From the NCBI RefSeq assembly GCF_963921235.1, contig NC_086097.1:67334001-67398000 (forward strand): a stretch of DNA of 64,000 bases. Direction: 5' to 3'. Each line of letters opens with the position of its first letter. Within the stretch, counting starts at the first letter, position 1. Below the pieces are notes generated by a model that was given only the letters and a program-made list of their open reading frames with translations, searched no databases and had not been told where the DNA came from. The stretch is from Mobula hypostoma. Its lineage: Eukaryota. Shown in pieces: positions 36,302 to 50,917 of this stretch. The translations under genes were made by a program, and so were the position numbers.

Positions 36302-37214
36302 TATAGTCTCTTCAAATAAATTGTTTATTGTTCATAAGCGTCTTGTTGCTTCTCTTATCACTTTTTTGTTTTCCTGTTCTCTTGATCACCTTTCTGTGCT
36401 GAAATTGCTTACTTTTCTCCCTCAGGAAGGCTAATTGTCATGAACAAAATTTCAGGTTGCAATGCACGAGGGCTCCCTTCCATTTTTATGAGTTTTTTTT
36501 TACTGTATACCTTTAATAATCAGGCAAAATGCGTTTTTGTTTTAAATTGTTGCTATATTTATGGGAAAGAAAATTAAAATTGTCATTTTTTTCCCCTTAC
36601 TTCTTTGGTCACAGCGGAGCAGGCTACTCATTACTACTGCACTTCAAGAGCACCTTCAGAAATTGGAAAGAAATACCCAGAGAGCTATTTATTTAGATAA
36701 AGCTCATTTGAACTTACTGTCTCTTTTCCAACTGTTTAATAATATACTCTGAGAAAGAAGTGGCATGGGATCAGAAGATGTAGAATCCCTGTGGGTAAGG
36801 AAACTGCAAGGGTGAGAAAGACCCTGTTGGGAGTGAAATACAAGCCTTCAAACAGTAGCTAGGATGTGGAGCACAAATTACAACGGGAGATAGAAAATCT
36901 TTGGTGTTGTAGATCTTGTCCCTTTACAGCCTATCCATCATGTAGGCCCAAGAGGAAAAGATTTCTTCAGCTAGAAATAACTATACAAATCAAAATTTCT
37001 TAGATTTTGTAGTTTATCTATCCTGAGTCAGTCAGGACAGCACTTGAAATATGACAACTGGCTTCAATCTAATGAAAAATCAGCTGAAATTCTTGTTCTT
37101 GATTGCTGTGTAGTAAGTCCATTTGAAAAGTGCTTAAGGAATGGACATCAGTGATTCAGCACTATGGTAAAGTTCTCCACCAACTTTCTTGGTATCGGCA
37201 TCAGTATAGATAAT

Positions 37215-37620
37215 GGTTAATGCCTTAGAAACAGGTCCTTCAGCCCCCTGTGTCTATGTCATCCATGATGCCTATCTATATTAATCTTTCCTGCATGAGT
37301 TGCAAAAGCTTGCTATGACTTGCTCATTCAAGTACTTGTCCAACGCCTCTTAAATGCTGTCCCTGTCTCCACCATCTCTTCCAGCACTCATTCAAGATAT
37401 CAATTAAACCTTATGTGAAAAAATTCCTTCCGATTCCTTTGAAACTTTCTCCCTTTCACCTTAGACCTATGCCCTGTAGTTTTAGACACCAAATCATGAG
37501 GAACAGCCTCTGTTGACCTCCTCAATTGATGCCTCTCTTACTTCTGTTTGGTCACCACAGCCAGGAAAAATAAATCCAAGCTATCCAAACTCTTCTTGTA
37601 ATTCAAGCCAGCTAATCCAC
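37215..37620 (-). mobile_element. Highly decayed CR1 3' fragment
   Basis: tagaaacaggtccttcagccc tail and degenerate ORF2 C-terminal sequence. Confidence 0.55.
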
Positions 37621-38231
37621 TGAGGTCATGATAACAAGCTAATGGCTTTTGGAATGAGTTTCTGTGAGAATCATAAGAGAGGAAGGAATTAGGAAACAAT
37701 AAACTGGGAAAATTGGTAGAAATCTGGCAAAATTACAGAATGATGCATTTAGGGCACAGAGGTTAAAAGGACTGGTCATGAGGCTGAGGGTCAAGGATAG
37801 GAAATATATGCTGGTTATGGGATGACGAGGGATTTATCAACGCAGTAGAGCATACTTAAAGATTTATGTTGGCAAAATACAATAGGATTGATGGTGGTTT
37901 ATTGCAAACCACAATTTTGACTCCAGTAGTGTGACCATTTACAAGTAGAGGTTTAGGACTGATAGCATTATGTAATAATTGAATATAATCATTGAATTAT
38001 AAAAATCTTACTGTACAGGAGGCAATTTAACCCATTGAGTCTCTGCCAGCTTCTGGTAGAGCAATACCATCAACTCTATTTCCTGTATTTTCTTCATACG
38101 TAGCTTGACAAGTTGTTCTCTTTCATGTATCTTTCCATCTCTTCTTTATGGCGATCAAGGAAATCCATTTGAAAAATCCCTATAGGCAGAAATTCCAAGA
38201 CATTAACTGGTTTCCAAGCTAAAATGTATTA

Positions 38232-40076
38232 CCATAAGACCATAAGACATAGGAGCAGAATTAGGCCATTCAGCCCATCGAGTCTGTTCCACCATTCCGT
38301 CATGGCTGATCCCGGATCCCACTCAACCCTATAAACCTGCCTTCTCAACATATCCTTTGGTGCCCCGACCGATCAGGAAACTATCAACTTCCACCTTAAA
38401 TATATACATGGGCTTGGCCTCCACTGCAGTCTGTGGCAGAGCAATCCACAGATTTGCTACTCTCTGGTTAAAATAATTCCTCCTTACCTCTGTTCTAATG
38501 GGTTGCCCCTCAATTTTGAGTCTGTGCCCCCTAGTTCTGGATACCCCCACCATAAGAAACATCCTCTACACATTCACCCTATCCAGTTCTTTCAAAATTC
38601 AGAAGGTTTCAATGAGATCCCCCTGAATGCTTCTAAATTCCAGTGAGTACAGGCCCAAAGCTGCCAAACCCTCCTCATATGTTTACCCCTTCATTCCTGG
38701 AATCATCTCGTGAACCTTCTCTGGACTCCCTCCAATGACACCACATCCTTTCTGAGATATGGGGCCTAAAACTGTTGACAATACTCCAGGTGCAGCCTGA
38801 CTAGTGTCTTATAAAGCCTCAGCACTATTTCCTTATTTATATATTCTATTCCCCTTGAAATAAATGCCAACATTGCATTTGCCTTCTTTACCACAGACTC
38901 AACCTGTATATTAACCTTCTGGGAGCCTTGTACAGGGACTCCTAAGTCCCTCTGCACCCCTGATGTTTGAACCTTCTCCCCATTTAGATAATAGTCTGCA
39001 CTATTGTCCCTTTTACCAAAATTCATTATCATACATTTCCCAACACTGTATTCCATCTGCCACTTTTTGTCCATTCTTCCAATTTGTCTAAGTCCTTTTC
39101 TTTCTCAGCATTACCTACCCCCCCACCTATCTTTGTATCGTCTGCAAACTTTGCCACAAAGCCATCAATTCCATTTCTAAATCATTGACAAACAATGTGA
39201 AAAGTAGCCGTCCCAATACTGACCCCTGAGGAACACCACTAGTCACCAGAAGCCAACCAGAAAAGCCCCTTTTATTCCCACTCGCTGCCTCCTGCCTGTC
39301 AGCCATTCCGCTATCCATGCCAGTATCTTTCCTGTAATGCCAAAGGATTTTATCTTGATAAGCAGCCTCATGTATAGCACCTTATCAAATGCCTTCTGAA
39401 AATCCAAGTAAATAACATCCACTGTCTTGCCTTTGTCCACCCTGCCTGTTACTTTCTTGAAGTACTCTAACAGATTTGTCAGGCAAGATTTCCCTTTACA
39501 GAAACCATGCTGACTTTGAATTATTTTATCATTAGTCTCCAATTACCCCGAAACCTCATCCTTAATAATAGACTCCAACACGTTCCAACCACTGAGGTTA
39601 GGCTAACTCATCTATAATCTCCTTTCTTTTGCTTTTCTCACTTCTTAAAGAGTGGAGTGACATTTGCAATCATCCAGCCCTCTGGGATCATGCCAGAAAC
39701 ATGTGATTCTTGAAAGCTCATAACCAACGCATTCGTTATCTCTTCAGTAACCTCCCTCAGGACTCTGGGACATAGTCCATCTGGGCCAGGTGACTTATCC
39801 ACTTTAAGATCTTTGAGTTTGCCTAGCACTTTTTCCTTTGTAATAGCAATGGCTCTCACTGCTGTTCCCTGACACTCACAGACCTCTGGCACACTGCTGG
39901 TGTCTTCCACAGTGAAGACAAATGCAAAGTACCCATTACTTTCATCTGCCATTTCTTTGTCCCCAATACTACCCCACCAGCATCATTTTCCAGTGGTCCA
40001 ATATCAACTCTCAGCTCCCTTTTACTCTTTAGATACTGAAAAAACTTTTCATATCCTGCTTTATATTATTGGCTAG
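38232..40076 (-). mobile_element. 5'-truncated CR1 LINE
   Basis: [53 protein letters not shown]; (ccataaga)n tail. Confidence 0.92.
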
Positions 40077-40304
40077 AGAGGATTTCCACATCTCTCTTTA
40101 TATCTTTTAGCCAAAATTATAAAACTGTTTTAAACCATCCCTGTATATCTAATGCAGTCATGATCTCTGTCTACCTTGTTCGCAGTAAGCAGAACAACCC
40201 CAAATTTATTCCACTTTATGTCAAAAGTTCCTCTTTGGACCTTTCTGGTAAATCTCACCGTCTTCGTTACACCCTACTGTAAGAATGGTGATCGTATGCA
40301 ATAA

Positions 40305-40690
40305 GAATGAAAAGGAATCTCATTGAAACCTACTAAGTGTTGAAATGCCTGGATAGAGTGGATGTGGAGAAGATGTTTCCAGTAGTGGGAGAGTTGGGAC
40401 CAGAGGGAACAGCCTCTGGATAGAAGGATGTTCCTTTAGAACAGAGATGAGAAAGAATTTCTTTAGCAAGATGTGGGTAAACGTGTGAAATTTCTTGCCA
40501 CAGGTGGCTGTGGAAGCCAAGTCATTGATATTAACAGGTTCTTGATTAGTAAGGGCATTAAAGGTTACAAGTAGAAGTCAGGAGAATGGGTAGAGAAAAA
40601 AAAATACTGTAGATCAGCCACGATTGAATGGTGGAGCAGTCTTGATGGTCCAAATCACCTAATTTTGCTTCTGCGTTATGTTCTTATGAT
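40305..40690 (+). mobile_element. CR1 3' fragment
   Basis: gatagagtggatgtggagaagatgtttcc… and a 3'UTR ending ttatgttcttatg. Confidence 0.8.
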
Positions 40691-42529
40691 CAATATCCTG
40701 GTTGTAAATTAATCAGTGTTAGTCACATTTTCAACACTACTTCCTTCATTTGTAATCTCTGATTATGAATCCCCAGATCCTATTTGCTTTATTAACCACT
40801 GTTTCAATATATTCTTCCATTTTCAAAGATTTATATACATGCTCACCTTTCATTTCAGCATACTCTTTAGTACAGTGCTCTGTAGTCTACAATGTCCCTT
40901 ATTTTCTTTTTCTGCAGAACCATAAAAGCAGCCAATTCACATTTTGAAGACTTTAAAATATATTATTAGAAATTGCATTTGTAATTTGAAAACGGTGCCC
41001 TGCGTCAGAGTGCAAATGTGGACACTGCTTTCCCTCAATTTAGGTGAGATGGCAGCACTTCCCATTCCATGTTAGAATTCACAAGTTGGTACTATTGTCT
41101 CAGTAGTACTGGATGAAAAAGGAAGTGCATTTAAAATGTAAATACTTGAAATCTCATATGGCATTGCAAATCTGGTGATTTCTTTGTTCACAAAAAAGCC
41201 TGGCTGTGATTCAAACCATCACAATAGAGAATTGTTATTTGACCAAATGGTACAAGGCTGTAGCATTGTATTAATAAGTTCTGTTATGTTCTTCATTGTC
41301 CTGTTGTCTATTTTGTTTATTATGTTTGTAATAATTTGTGAAATAAATTAGATTGAATACATTCATTACAACGAACAATTAATTTACTACTCTCTATTGA
41401 CACAAGATAATTCAAAACTCTGCTGTTCTTGTCCAGATTTCGAAGTCCCATTCAACTGTTACTTTCATGCTTAATAACCTACAATGGCTGCTGTTGAACA
41501 ATCCCTTAATTTTAAAATATCCTTCTATATTCTGACGTTCATCTGCGGTTTCACCCTCCTCTTTATTTGCACTAGATTTACAACTTTCAGAAATAACGGA
41601 ACTCTTCCAATTCTGTCCTTTCTATCATCTTGGAATTAATCACTCCACCACTGACAGGGAGCAACCTCAGGAATTCTTTTATAAAACATTACTGGCCCTC
41701 TAGTTCTTTCCTTCTTTAATTTCCTAAAATCTATCACATTGACAAAATTTTGATCATGCCATAAAATGCTCTTGTGGTTTGGTATCAAAAAATGATTGAA
41801 TATACTTCTGTAAAGATTATACTGTAATTATCTAAATTAAAACTAATCCATACAAATCATGAGAAACATGGTGGAAATATAGGCAATTTATGACCTGAAG
41901 ATGGCGCCATAATGTGCTAAAATGACTGCAAAGCAATATAACTTCTTAGAAGATTCCTTATTATGGAATACGTGTGGGTTTACACACATTTTTCCCAAAG
42001 AGGGAGGTAGCATTTTGACGCAGTTTTGAAAATTCTTTATTATAACACCCTTTAATATTTTAATAGTCTTGTAAAAGTAAATCAGGTAACGCCAGAAGAT
42101 GAACTGCTGCAGTGCGCTGAAATCAGTGGATAATTTTTTTTCACCATTCTACAGAAGGGCATTTCAGTTCTGGTCATTCCTCGGCCTAAAATCAATTGTC
42201 ATTGTGTTCTGAAGTCCTTCAACAAAGTTTCTAAAGTATTTTAGCAAGTTTAAAAAAGACCATACTTGTCGTGTGTAAGTCTAGTTCACAGGTGCTAGAC
42301 ACTCTTGTGTAATATTGACTCCTGTAGTTTTCTTTATTTTAACAGAAGAATTACTTGTAATACCCTGGGTTTTGCTAGTGAATCACTTTATGAGGTTACA
42401 TCTGAACAGTTTACAAGCTTGCAAGATAGTCTTTTTCCGTTTTGGCAGATCCCTCTGACCAGGGAATGTATGATGTGCTTCATGGCCACAGTACCATAAA
42501 CTGGCTTCTTTTTATATTTGCTTAAGATA

Positions 42530-43315
42530 AAGTCAAAGTCAAGTTTATTGTATTATGCACCGGTACAATGCAAAACATACTTGCAGCACCACTCGGGCAG
42601 TAGGGTCATGATAAGCAGCATTCACAAGAAAACATAAATTAAACATAAATTACACATTTTTTTACAAGAAATAACACAATTAGAACAAAAGAAAGACAAT
42701 TTTACTGCAAATTTTTATCAGAATGGTCATAGTGCTGTTAAACTGTAGGATTTTGCTACTTGTTTCAGGAAACAAATGGTTGAAGAGAAGTAGCTGTTCT
42801 GGAACCTGGCTTCTGTTACTCCTGCCCAAAATTAGCTGTGAAAAGATGGCACGACCTGTATGATGCGGGTCTTTTATAACAGATGTTGGATGCTTGAGGT
42901 GGCTCCTCCTGTATATACCACCAATAGTGGGGAAGGGTGATGTATGGGGCAGGGTTCACTACTCTCTGCAACTTCTTATGTTCCTGTGCATTTGAATTGA
43001 ATTGCCATATCAGATTGTGATGCAAACAGTTAGGGTACTTCAACAGTACATCTATAGAAGTTTGTTAGAGTGTTCAGTGACAAGCTAAACCTCCTTAATC
43101 TCTTAAGAAAGTAAAGATGCTGGAGCTATTTCCTTATGATTGTATCTATTGTCTGGGACAGGTAATCCCATATGTTAATACCCTGGAGTTTAAGGCTGCT
43201 GACTCTTTCCATTGCCAATCCCCCAATGTAGATAGGCATGTGTTCATCTTTCTTCCTCCCAGCACCCTGCTCTTCAGTTTTGCTGACAGTGAGTGAAAGA
43301 TTGTTGTTGAAGGAA
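42530..43315 (-). mobile_element. Decayed Rex1/Babar fragment
   Basis: NNLSLTVSKTEE…ERVSSLKLQGINI and KKLQRVVN; (aaagtc)n tail. Confidence 0.7.
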
Positions 43316-44379
43316 TACTCAATTATATGTTTTGATTTCAAGATTCAATACAGTAAACAGTCTATATTCCTGACCTTCCAATAAAAGCAAATTAATTTAT
43401 ATACGTTTGTGTATGCACAACTTAAGTTACTTCTTAGCATTACGTTGCTGTACAGTCAACATAACATTTTTATCATAATTTTCCAATGCAATAACATAAA
43501 TACTCCAGGAAAATTCTAGGAGAGGTTTCAATTGGCAAAAAGTTCTCCCAGTTGCGCTGGTGGTTGGTTCATTTAGGCTTGGTTGATCCGCAGTACTCTT
43601 GTTCTGCAGCAGAAATTATGGTGTAACATCTGAGGACATAAAAGCATAAGAAAATAGGAGCAGGAGTTGGACATCAAGTTGTGGTATTCAATATGATCAT
43701 GGCTGTTGGCTTGTTATCAGCTTCTATCCACCAAACCTCATCCCTAGTCTCAGGTGACATCCATTCCTATGCTAAAACCTTCCTAATTTTTACCACATCA
43801 GATCTATGCGGTGACAACAATGTATAATTATAAATTTCTGCTATCTTTCTTCTTTTTTTTCCCTCAGACACTTCACAGGAACCATTGTCAAATTGTACGA
43901 TGTTGTGATCTTGCCTTATCCCTTTCTTGATACCCTTTGCTTGTAACTGGCCTTTGTTACTCTGCATTGAGTTACAAGGCAATTCTCCAGAATGCATTTC
44001 TGGCATTCCTTCTCCTTCATCCATTACTGCTGCTTGTTGTAGTACTCACATGATTTAATCTGTTCTCTCTTCCTGTAGTTCTCTTTAGATGCATGGACCA
44101 GAAACTTGTTGCTTGCTATCCAATTCATCAACCGTGGCTTTGGACAGGTCTGAGGCTATAGGATTTGGCACATCTTGCCAGGTCTAAATATATTTATCTC
44201 AACAGATATACCCTCAAACCTGAATCTCAAATTTCACATACAACATGGCTTCTTTTCTGATGTGGTAGAAATCTATCACTTTCACACCTACAGTAATCCT
44301 GTGCAACTCATGACAGCAGTTTGTTGTTTCAAGCAAATCTGTTCTTAAAGTTGATGTAACATTGAAGTCAAATGCAATG

Positions 44380-44850
44380 GAGACAAAATATACAGTAAAT
44401 GGCAAGGTGGATTGATGTAATTAAGCATTGAAAAACACGGATCTTGGGATGTAAGTCTATTGAGCCTGGGAAATGCAACAGGTTAATAGGGTGGTTAAGA
44501 AGGTGTACAGCATGCTTGTCATCAATGGTTGGGGCATGGAGTATAAAAGTTGGGAAGTCATGTTGTAGTTGTATGAAACTTTGGTTTGTCACATTTGGAG
44601 TACAGCATGTAATTCTAGTTGCCAGGATGTGGAGGCCACGGAGAAGATACAGATAAGGTTCACTGGAATGTTCCCTGGATTGGAGTCTATTAGCTATAAA
44701 GGGAGGTTGGATGAAACTTGAATTGTTATTTTCTGTAATGACAGAGGCAGAGGAGAAAGTTGATAGACGTATCCAAAATTATGAGAGGCATTTATAGAGT
44801 AGAAAGCCAGAGTCCATTTTCCAGACTGGAAATGCCAAATACTAGATGGA
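44380..44850 (+). mobile_element. Decayed CR1 fragment
   Basis: tacagtaaatggcaagg…gagtataaaagttgggaagtcatg…catttggagtac, homologous to the 16.7-17.2 kb CR1 ORF. Confidence 0.7.
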
Positions 44851-44854
44851 TAAG

Positions 44855-47800
44855 ACCCACCCAATCCGCTCATGAATTCCATAGTGGCTGATTTATTATT
44901 CCTCTCAACCCAATTCTCCTGCCTTCTCCCCATAACCGTTGAAACCCTCACTAATCAAGAACCTAACAACCTCTGCTTTAGATATGCCCAATGACTTGGC
45001 ATCCACAGCCACCTGTGGCAATGAATTCTACAGATTCACCACCCACTGGCTGAAGAAATTCCTCCTCATCTCTGTTCTAAATGAATGTCTCTCTATTCTG
45101 AAGTTGTGCTCGCTGATCCTAGATTTCCCCACTATAAGAAATATCTTCTCTCCATCTATTCTATCTAGGCCTTTCAACTCCAGTGAGTACAGGCCCAGAG
45201 CCATCAATCCCTCCTAATATATTAACCCTTTAATTTCCAGAGTCGTTCTCATGAACCTTCTTTGGACCCTCTCCAAAGTCACACACCTTTTCTTAGATAA
45301 GGGGCCCAAACCTGCTCATAGTACACCAAGTGCGGTCTGACCATTACCTTATAAAGCCTCAACATTACACCCTTGTTTTTATATTCTAGTCCTCACGAAA
45401 TGAATGCTAACATTGTATTTGCCTTCCTAACCACTGACTCAACCTGTACATTAACCTTTAAGGAATCTTGCACGAGGACTTCCAAGTCCCTTTGTACCTC
45501 TGATTTTTGAATTTCCCCCATTTGGAAAATAGTCTATGGCTTTATTCCTTCTACCCAAGTGCATGACCATACACTTCCCTACACTATAGTTCATCTTCCA
45601 CTTCTTTGTCCATTCTCCCAATCAGTCTAAGTCCTTCTGACGACTCCTTGCCTCCTCAACACTACTTGCCTCTCTACTTACCTTCATGTCATTCTCAAAC
45701 TTGGTCAGAAAGCCATCAATTCCATCATCCAAATCGTTGACATATAATGAGAAAATAAGATGTCCCAACACTGATCCTTGATGAATGCCACTAGTCACCG
45801 GCAGCCAGCCAGTAAAGGTCACCTTTATCCCCACTCTTTGTCTTCTGCCAGTCCGCTAATCTTCTATCCATGCTAGTATCTTTCCTGTGATACCATGGGC
45901 TCTTGTTAAGCAACCTCATGTGCAGCACCATGGAAATGGCCTTCTGAAAATCAATGTAAATAATATCCACTAACTCTACTCTGTCAATCCTACCTGTTAT
46001 GTTCTCATGTCCTTTGAGGAAATAAGAAATAGGAGCAGGAGTAGGCCATCCGGCCCACCGAGCCTGCCCCACCATTCAATAAGATCACGGCTGATCTGTT
46101 TGTAAACTCAGCTCCATCTACCTGCCTTTTCCCCATAACTTTTAATTCCCCTACTATGTAAAAATCTATCTAACTGTATCTTAAATATATTTAGTGAAAA
46201 AGCCTCAACTGCTTCCCTGGGCAGAGAATTCCACAGATTCACCACTCTCTGGGAAAAACAGTTTCTCCTCATCTCCATCCTAAATCTTCTCCCCTGAATC
46301 TTGAGGCAATGTCCCCCAGTTCTAGTCTCACCTACCAATGGAAACAACTTTCCTACTTCTGTCTTATCTACCCCTTTCAAAATTTTGTATGTTTCTATAA
46401 GATCCCCTCTCATCCTTCTGAATTCTAGAGAATATAGTCCCAGGTGACTCAATCATTCCTCATAGGTTAACCCCTTCATCACTGGAATCAACCTGGTGAA
46501 CCTCCTCTGCACTGTCTCCAAAGCTAGTATATCCTTCCTCAAGTATGGAGACCAGAACTGCACACAGTACTCCAGGTGCAGCCTCACCAGTACCCTGTAT
46601 AGTTGCAGCATGACCTCCCTGCTCTTGAATTCAGTCCCTGCAGCAATGAAGGCCAACATTCTGTTTGCCTTCTGAATCACCTGTTGTACCTGCAAGCCAA
46701 CTTTTTGCAATTCATGAACAAGCACTCCCAAGTCCCTCTGCACAACACCATGCTGCAATCTTTCACCATTTAAATAATAATCTGCTCTTTTATTATTCCT
46801 TCCAAAGTGTATGATCTCGCATTTACAAATGTTGTATTCCATCTGCCAGACCTTGGCCCACTCACTTAACCTATCTATATCCCTCTGCAGACTCTCCACA
46901 TCCTCTGTACAATTTGCTTTTCCACTCAGTTAGTGTCATCAGCAAATTTTGCTACACTACGCTCAGTTCCCTCTTCCAAATCATCAATGTAAATGGTAAA
47001 CAGCTGCCTCATTGCACAGGACTAGATCTAAGATAGTATTTTCCCTTGTAGGTTCACTAACATGCTGCTCAAGAAAGCCATCACGGATGCATTCTATAAA
47101 GTCCTCCTCAAGACTTCCTTGACCGACCTGATTCACCCAATCCCCCATGACAACTGCCGTTCCATTCTTACAAGCCTCAGTTATTTCTTGGTTAATCGTC
47201 TCTGCCAGTGCAATATTATTATTAGGTGGCCTATAGATAACACCCACCAGTGATTTTTTTCCCTTTACTATTCTTAATCTCTACCCAGATGGACTCAATA
47301 TTCTGCTCCGTAGATCTTATATCATCTCTCACAATCGCCCTGATCTCATCCCTAAACAAGAGCGCCACCCCACCTCCTCTGCTTTCCTGCCTATCTTTCT
47401 GTATTACCTGATACCCTTGGATATTTAATTCCCAGTCATCTCCACCTTGCAACTAGGTTTCTGTAATGGCCACTAAATCATATGCCTTGGTACTGATCTG
47501 TGCCACAAGTGCACTAACCCTGTTTCTAATACTATGGGCATTTAGATAAAGTGCCCTTATACTCATTGAATTCCAACAAAAATGCCAGGCAAGATTTCTC
47601 TTTAACTAAACCACGTTGACTTTGGCCTGTTTTAACATATGCCTCCAAGTGACCTGAAACCTCATCCTTAATAATGGACTCCAACATTTTCCTAACCACT
47701 GAAGTCAGGCTAACTGCCCTATAATTTCCTTTCTTCTGCCTTTTTCCCTTCTTAAAGAGTGATATTTGCAAATATTCAGTACTTCAGAACCATTCCAGAA

Positions 47801-49385
47801 TCTAATGCTTCTTGAAAGATCACTATTACTACCTCTTTACTTTCTTCAGCTACTGTACCTCTTCCAGAACCCTAGGGCGCAGGTGACTTATCTACCTTCA
47901 GACCTTTCAGTTTCCCAAGCACATTCTCCTTTTTAATAGCAACTACACTCACTTCTGCCCCCACACACTCTCGAATTTCTGGCATATGCTAGTGCCTTCC
48001 ACAGTGAAGACTGACGCAAAATGCTTATTAAGTTCATCTGCCATTTCTTTGTTCCCTATTACTACCTCTCCTGTATCATTTTCCAGGAGTCTGATATCCA
48101 CTCACACCTCTCTTTTACTCTTAATATATCTGGAAAAACTTTTGGCATTCTCTTTTATGTATGTTATTGGCTAGCTTTTTCTCCACTTATGGTTTTTTAG
48201 TTGCCTTCTGTTGATTCTTAAATGCTTCCCAATCCTCTACTTCCCACTATGTTATTTGCTATATTATATGTCTTTTTTGCTTTTATGCTGTCTTTAACTT
48301 CACTTGTCAGCCATGGTTGCATCATCCTCCTATTAGTATACTTGTTCTTTGGGATTTATCTATTCTGTGACTTCCAAAATGCTCCAGAAACTCCAGCCAT
48401 TGCTGTTCTCCTGGTGTCTCTTTCCAATCAACTTTGACTGGAGCCTCTCTCACGCCTCTGTAATTCCCTTTTCTCCACTGTAATGCTGATACATCTGAAT
48501 TTAGCTGCTTCCTTTCAATTGCAGGGTGAATTTGATCATATTATGATCATGGACCCCTAAAGGGTCCTTTACCTTAAGCTCTCTAATCACATCTGGTTTA
48601 TTACACACTATACAATCCAATGTACTTTCCCCTAGTGGGCTCAACCTCAAGCTGCTCTAAAGAGTCATCTCACAGGCATTCTACAAATTCCCTCTCTTGG
48701 GATCCAGCTCCAACCTGATTTGCCCAATCTACCTGCATATTGAAATCTCCCAATACTATCACAACATTGCCTTTTTTACAAGTCTTTTCTATTGCCCATT
48801 GTAATTTGTATCCAACAGGCTGGTTATTGGTTATTGTTCGGAGGCCTGTAGATAACTCCCAGCAGGGTCTTTTTACCCTTGCAGTTGCTTAACTCTACCC
48901 ACAAGGATTGTACAACTTCTGATTCTGTCACCTCTTTCTAAGGATTTGATTTTATTTTTTTACCAACACAGTCTGCCTTATTGCCTGTCCTTTTGATACA
49001 ACGTGCATCCTTGGATGTAAGCTTGCAACGATGATCTTCTTTCGGCCACGACTCAGTGATGTCTGCAATGTCATACCCGCCAAGTTCTTACTGCAATACA
49101 AGATCATCTACAGTACCTTATTCCGTATGCTGTGTGCATTCAAATATCACATCTTTAGTCCTGTATTCATATGCCTGCATATTGCACTTCAACTCATCCC
49201 ACTGACTGTAATGTTTCCCAATCATTTGCATGTCCTTCCTCACAGCCTCACTACACACTACATCTACTTGTATACCAACAACCCCATCCTCAGGCTTATC
49301 ACTCTGGTTCCTATTCCCCTACCAACTTAATTTAAACCCTCCCCAAAAGCTCTAGCAAACCTGTCCCCAAGGATATTTGTTCCCC
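44855..49385 (-). mobile_element. Long CR1 copy (most of ORF2) interrupted at ~46019..47555 by another CR1
   Basis: CR1 motifs run across the insert: DIIYIDFQKA on the left, GNYRAVSLTSVV…QSQRGLVKEKSCL on the right; endonuclease-like sequence to ~49.3 kb. Confidence 0.85.
46019..47555 (-). mobile_element. Younger CR1 with an internal deletion joining the endonuclease region to the RT C-terminus at ~47007
   Basis: GGGVALL, GVIYRPP and ILDLVLCNE followed directly by RT C-terminal sequence (FADD region, ORF 46453..46899); tail aataagaaataggagc. Confidence 0.85.
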
Positions 49386-50416
49386 TTTGGGTTCAGATGC
49401 ATGTTGTCTTTTTTTTGTACAAGAATTCCAAGAAAGTTTCCAAGAAAATGATTTTTAACTAAGGGCAATCTGAAATTTGCAATGCATAATTACCTTGCCC
49501 ATTTTACAGGAAACCTTATTTACATTTGTGCAGGCATTAGCAATTAAATCAGTGAACCAATCTGATCAAGGGTCAAAAGATGCAGTATGCTTCTTTAATT
49601 AGAAGACAGAAAGCTATTCAAGATTAATGATAATTGCATTGCTAGACAACCTTCAACTCCCCCTTGTCAATTTATTTCTTAGAGGTATTGAATGATGAAT
49701 TCTCAGAATTATGTGACCTTGTCAGCAGAATAACAATTTTTGCATTTGAATAGTGAAGTACATTAAGCTTAACAGTTCTTCACCTAATTCTCAGAAAAAA
49801 AATGACAAACTGAACGATGGAATCATTCCAGTTCTAAGCGAAATAGTATCCCTCTGCTCCAGAAATACTTATTCTTGAAGTGTAAACATATTCATCATTT
49901 ATAACCATGAAAATGTACAAAGAACATTGTGCTTTTTTTCAGCTGAGATGCTAAAATGAAGAAATGTTCCTAATTTTGTGTTTGATCTAATTTGAACATA
50001 TAAAAATCTTATAAATAAATTGAGAATAAAATATTTCTGTGATAAATGAATCAATATACAGTATTATTTAAATACTACAGTTGTTTTATCTTTGTTTATG
50101 AAGAGTGTGACCATTCAACTTAATGTAAATCTAACAGCATTTGATCCAGTTCAAAGATCACTTGGTGATTTTAACCACACAAACATCAGTTACTTCATTT
50201 AATCATGAAATCCACTACTTTAGGGCACATCCATCATAAACTTAGTTAGGCCTGGTTTAATATCTACTGGTTCAGCTGGAGATTGTCACTAATCATTACT
50301 TGCACTCCAATTTCCCCTCACACACCTGATTAGAAAGTACAGTTTTATATTACCAACCACTGCTGAAGCATAACTCACACAAAAGAAAAGCCTTTTAAAA
50401 TAAATGGCCCCTCCGA

Positions 50417-50670
50417 TGGGGCGGCACGGTAGCGTAGTGGTTAGCACAATGCTTTACAGTATAGCTGATCTGGGTTCAATTCCTGCCGCTGCCTGTAAGA
50501 GTTTGTACGTTTTCACTGTGACTGTGTGGGTCTCCAACCACAGTTCAAAGACTGGAAGGTTAATTGGTCATTGTAAATCGTCCTGTGATTAGGCTAGGAT
50601 GAAATGGGTGGTTTGCTGGGTGGTGTGACTCGAAGGGCCTATTCCGTGCTGTATCTCAATAAATAAATAA
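50417..50670 (+). mobile_element. tRNA-derived SINE (HE1/V-SINE-like) with a CR1-like 3' tail
   Basis: ggggcggcacggtagcgtagtggttagc (A box), gggttcaattcc (B box), ggttaattggtcattgtaaa core, gaagggcctattccgtgctgtatctc and (aata)n tail. Confidence 0.85.
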
Positions 50671-50917
50671 GGTATCCACATGTGAACGTTGGTGTGGCTC
50701 AGCAGGACAGTCTGCTGCAGATGTTAAAGATTTCTATTTAAATCTCTTACAAGTCTGAGCACATTCTTGGAACAGCACAGAGTGGCAACTTCACGATATA
50801 CTGTAGCACCTGAACCTCTGCTTCCATTGAGGCACGTATGGAGGCCAGCCAAAGCCTTTTCTAACGTACTGTAGAGGCTCAGTCTATGTGGAGCTGCTTG
50901 CGCCCAGCCATCAGTGA

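Noticed and set aside
50417..50490. tRNA gene
   Set aside because: It has A and B boxes but no full cloverleaf, and it continues into a SINE body and tail.
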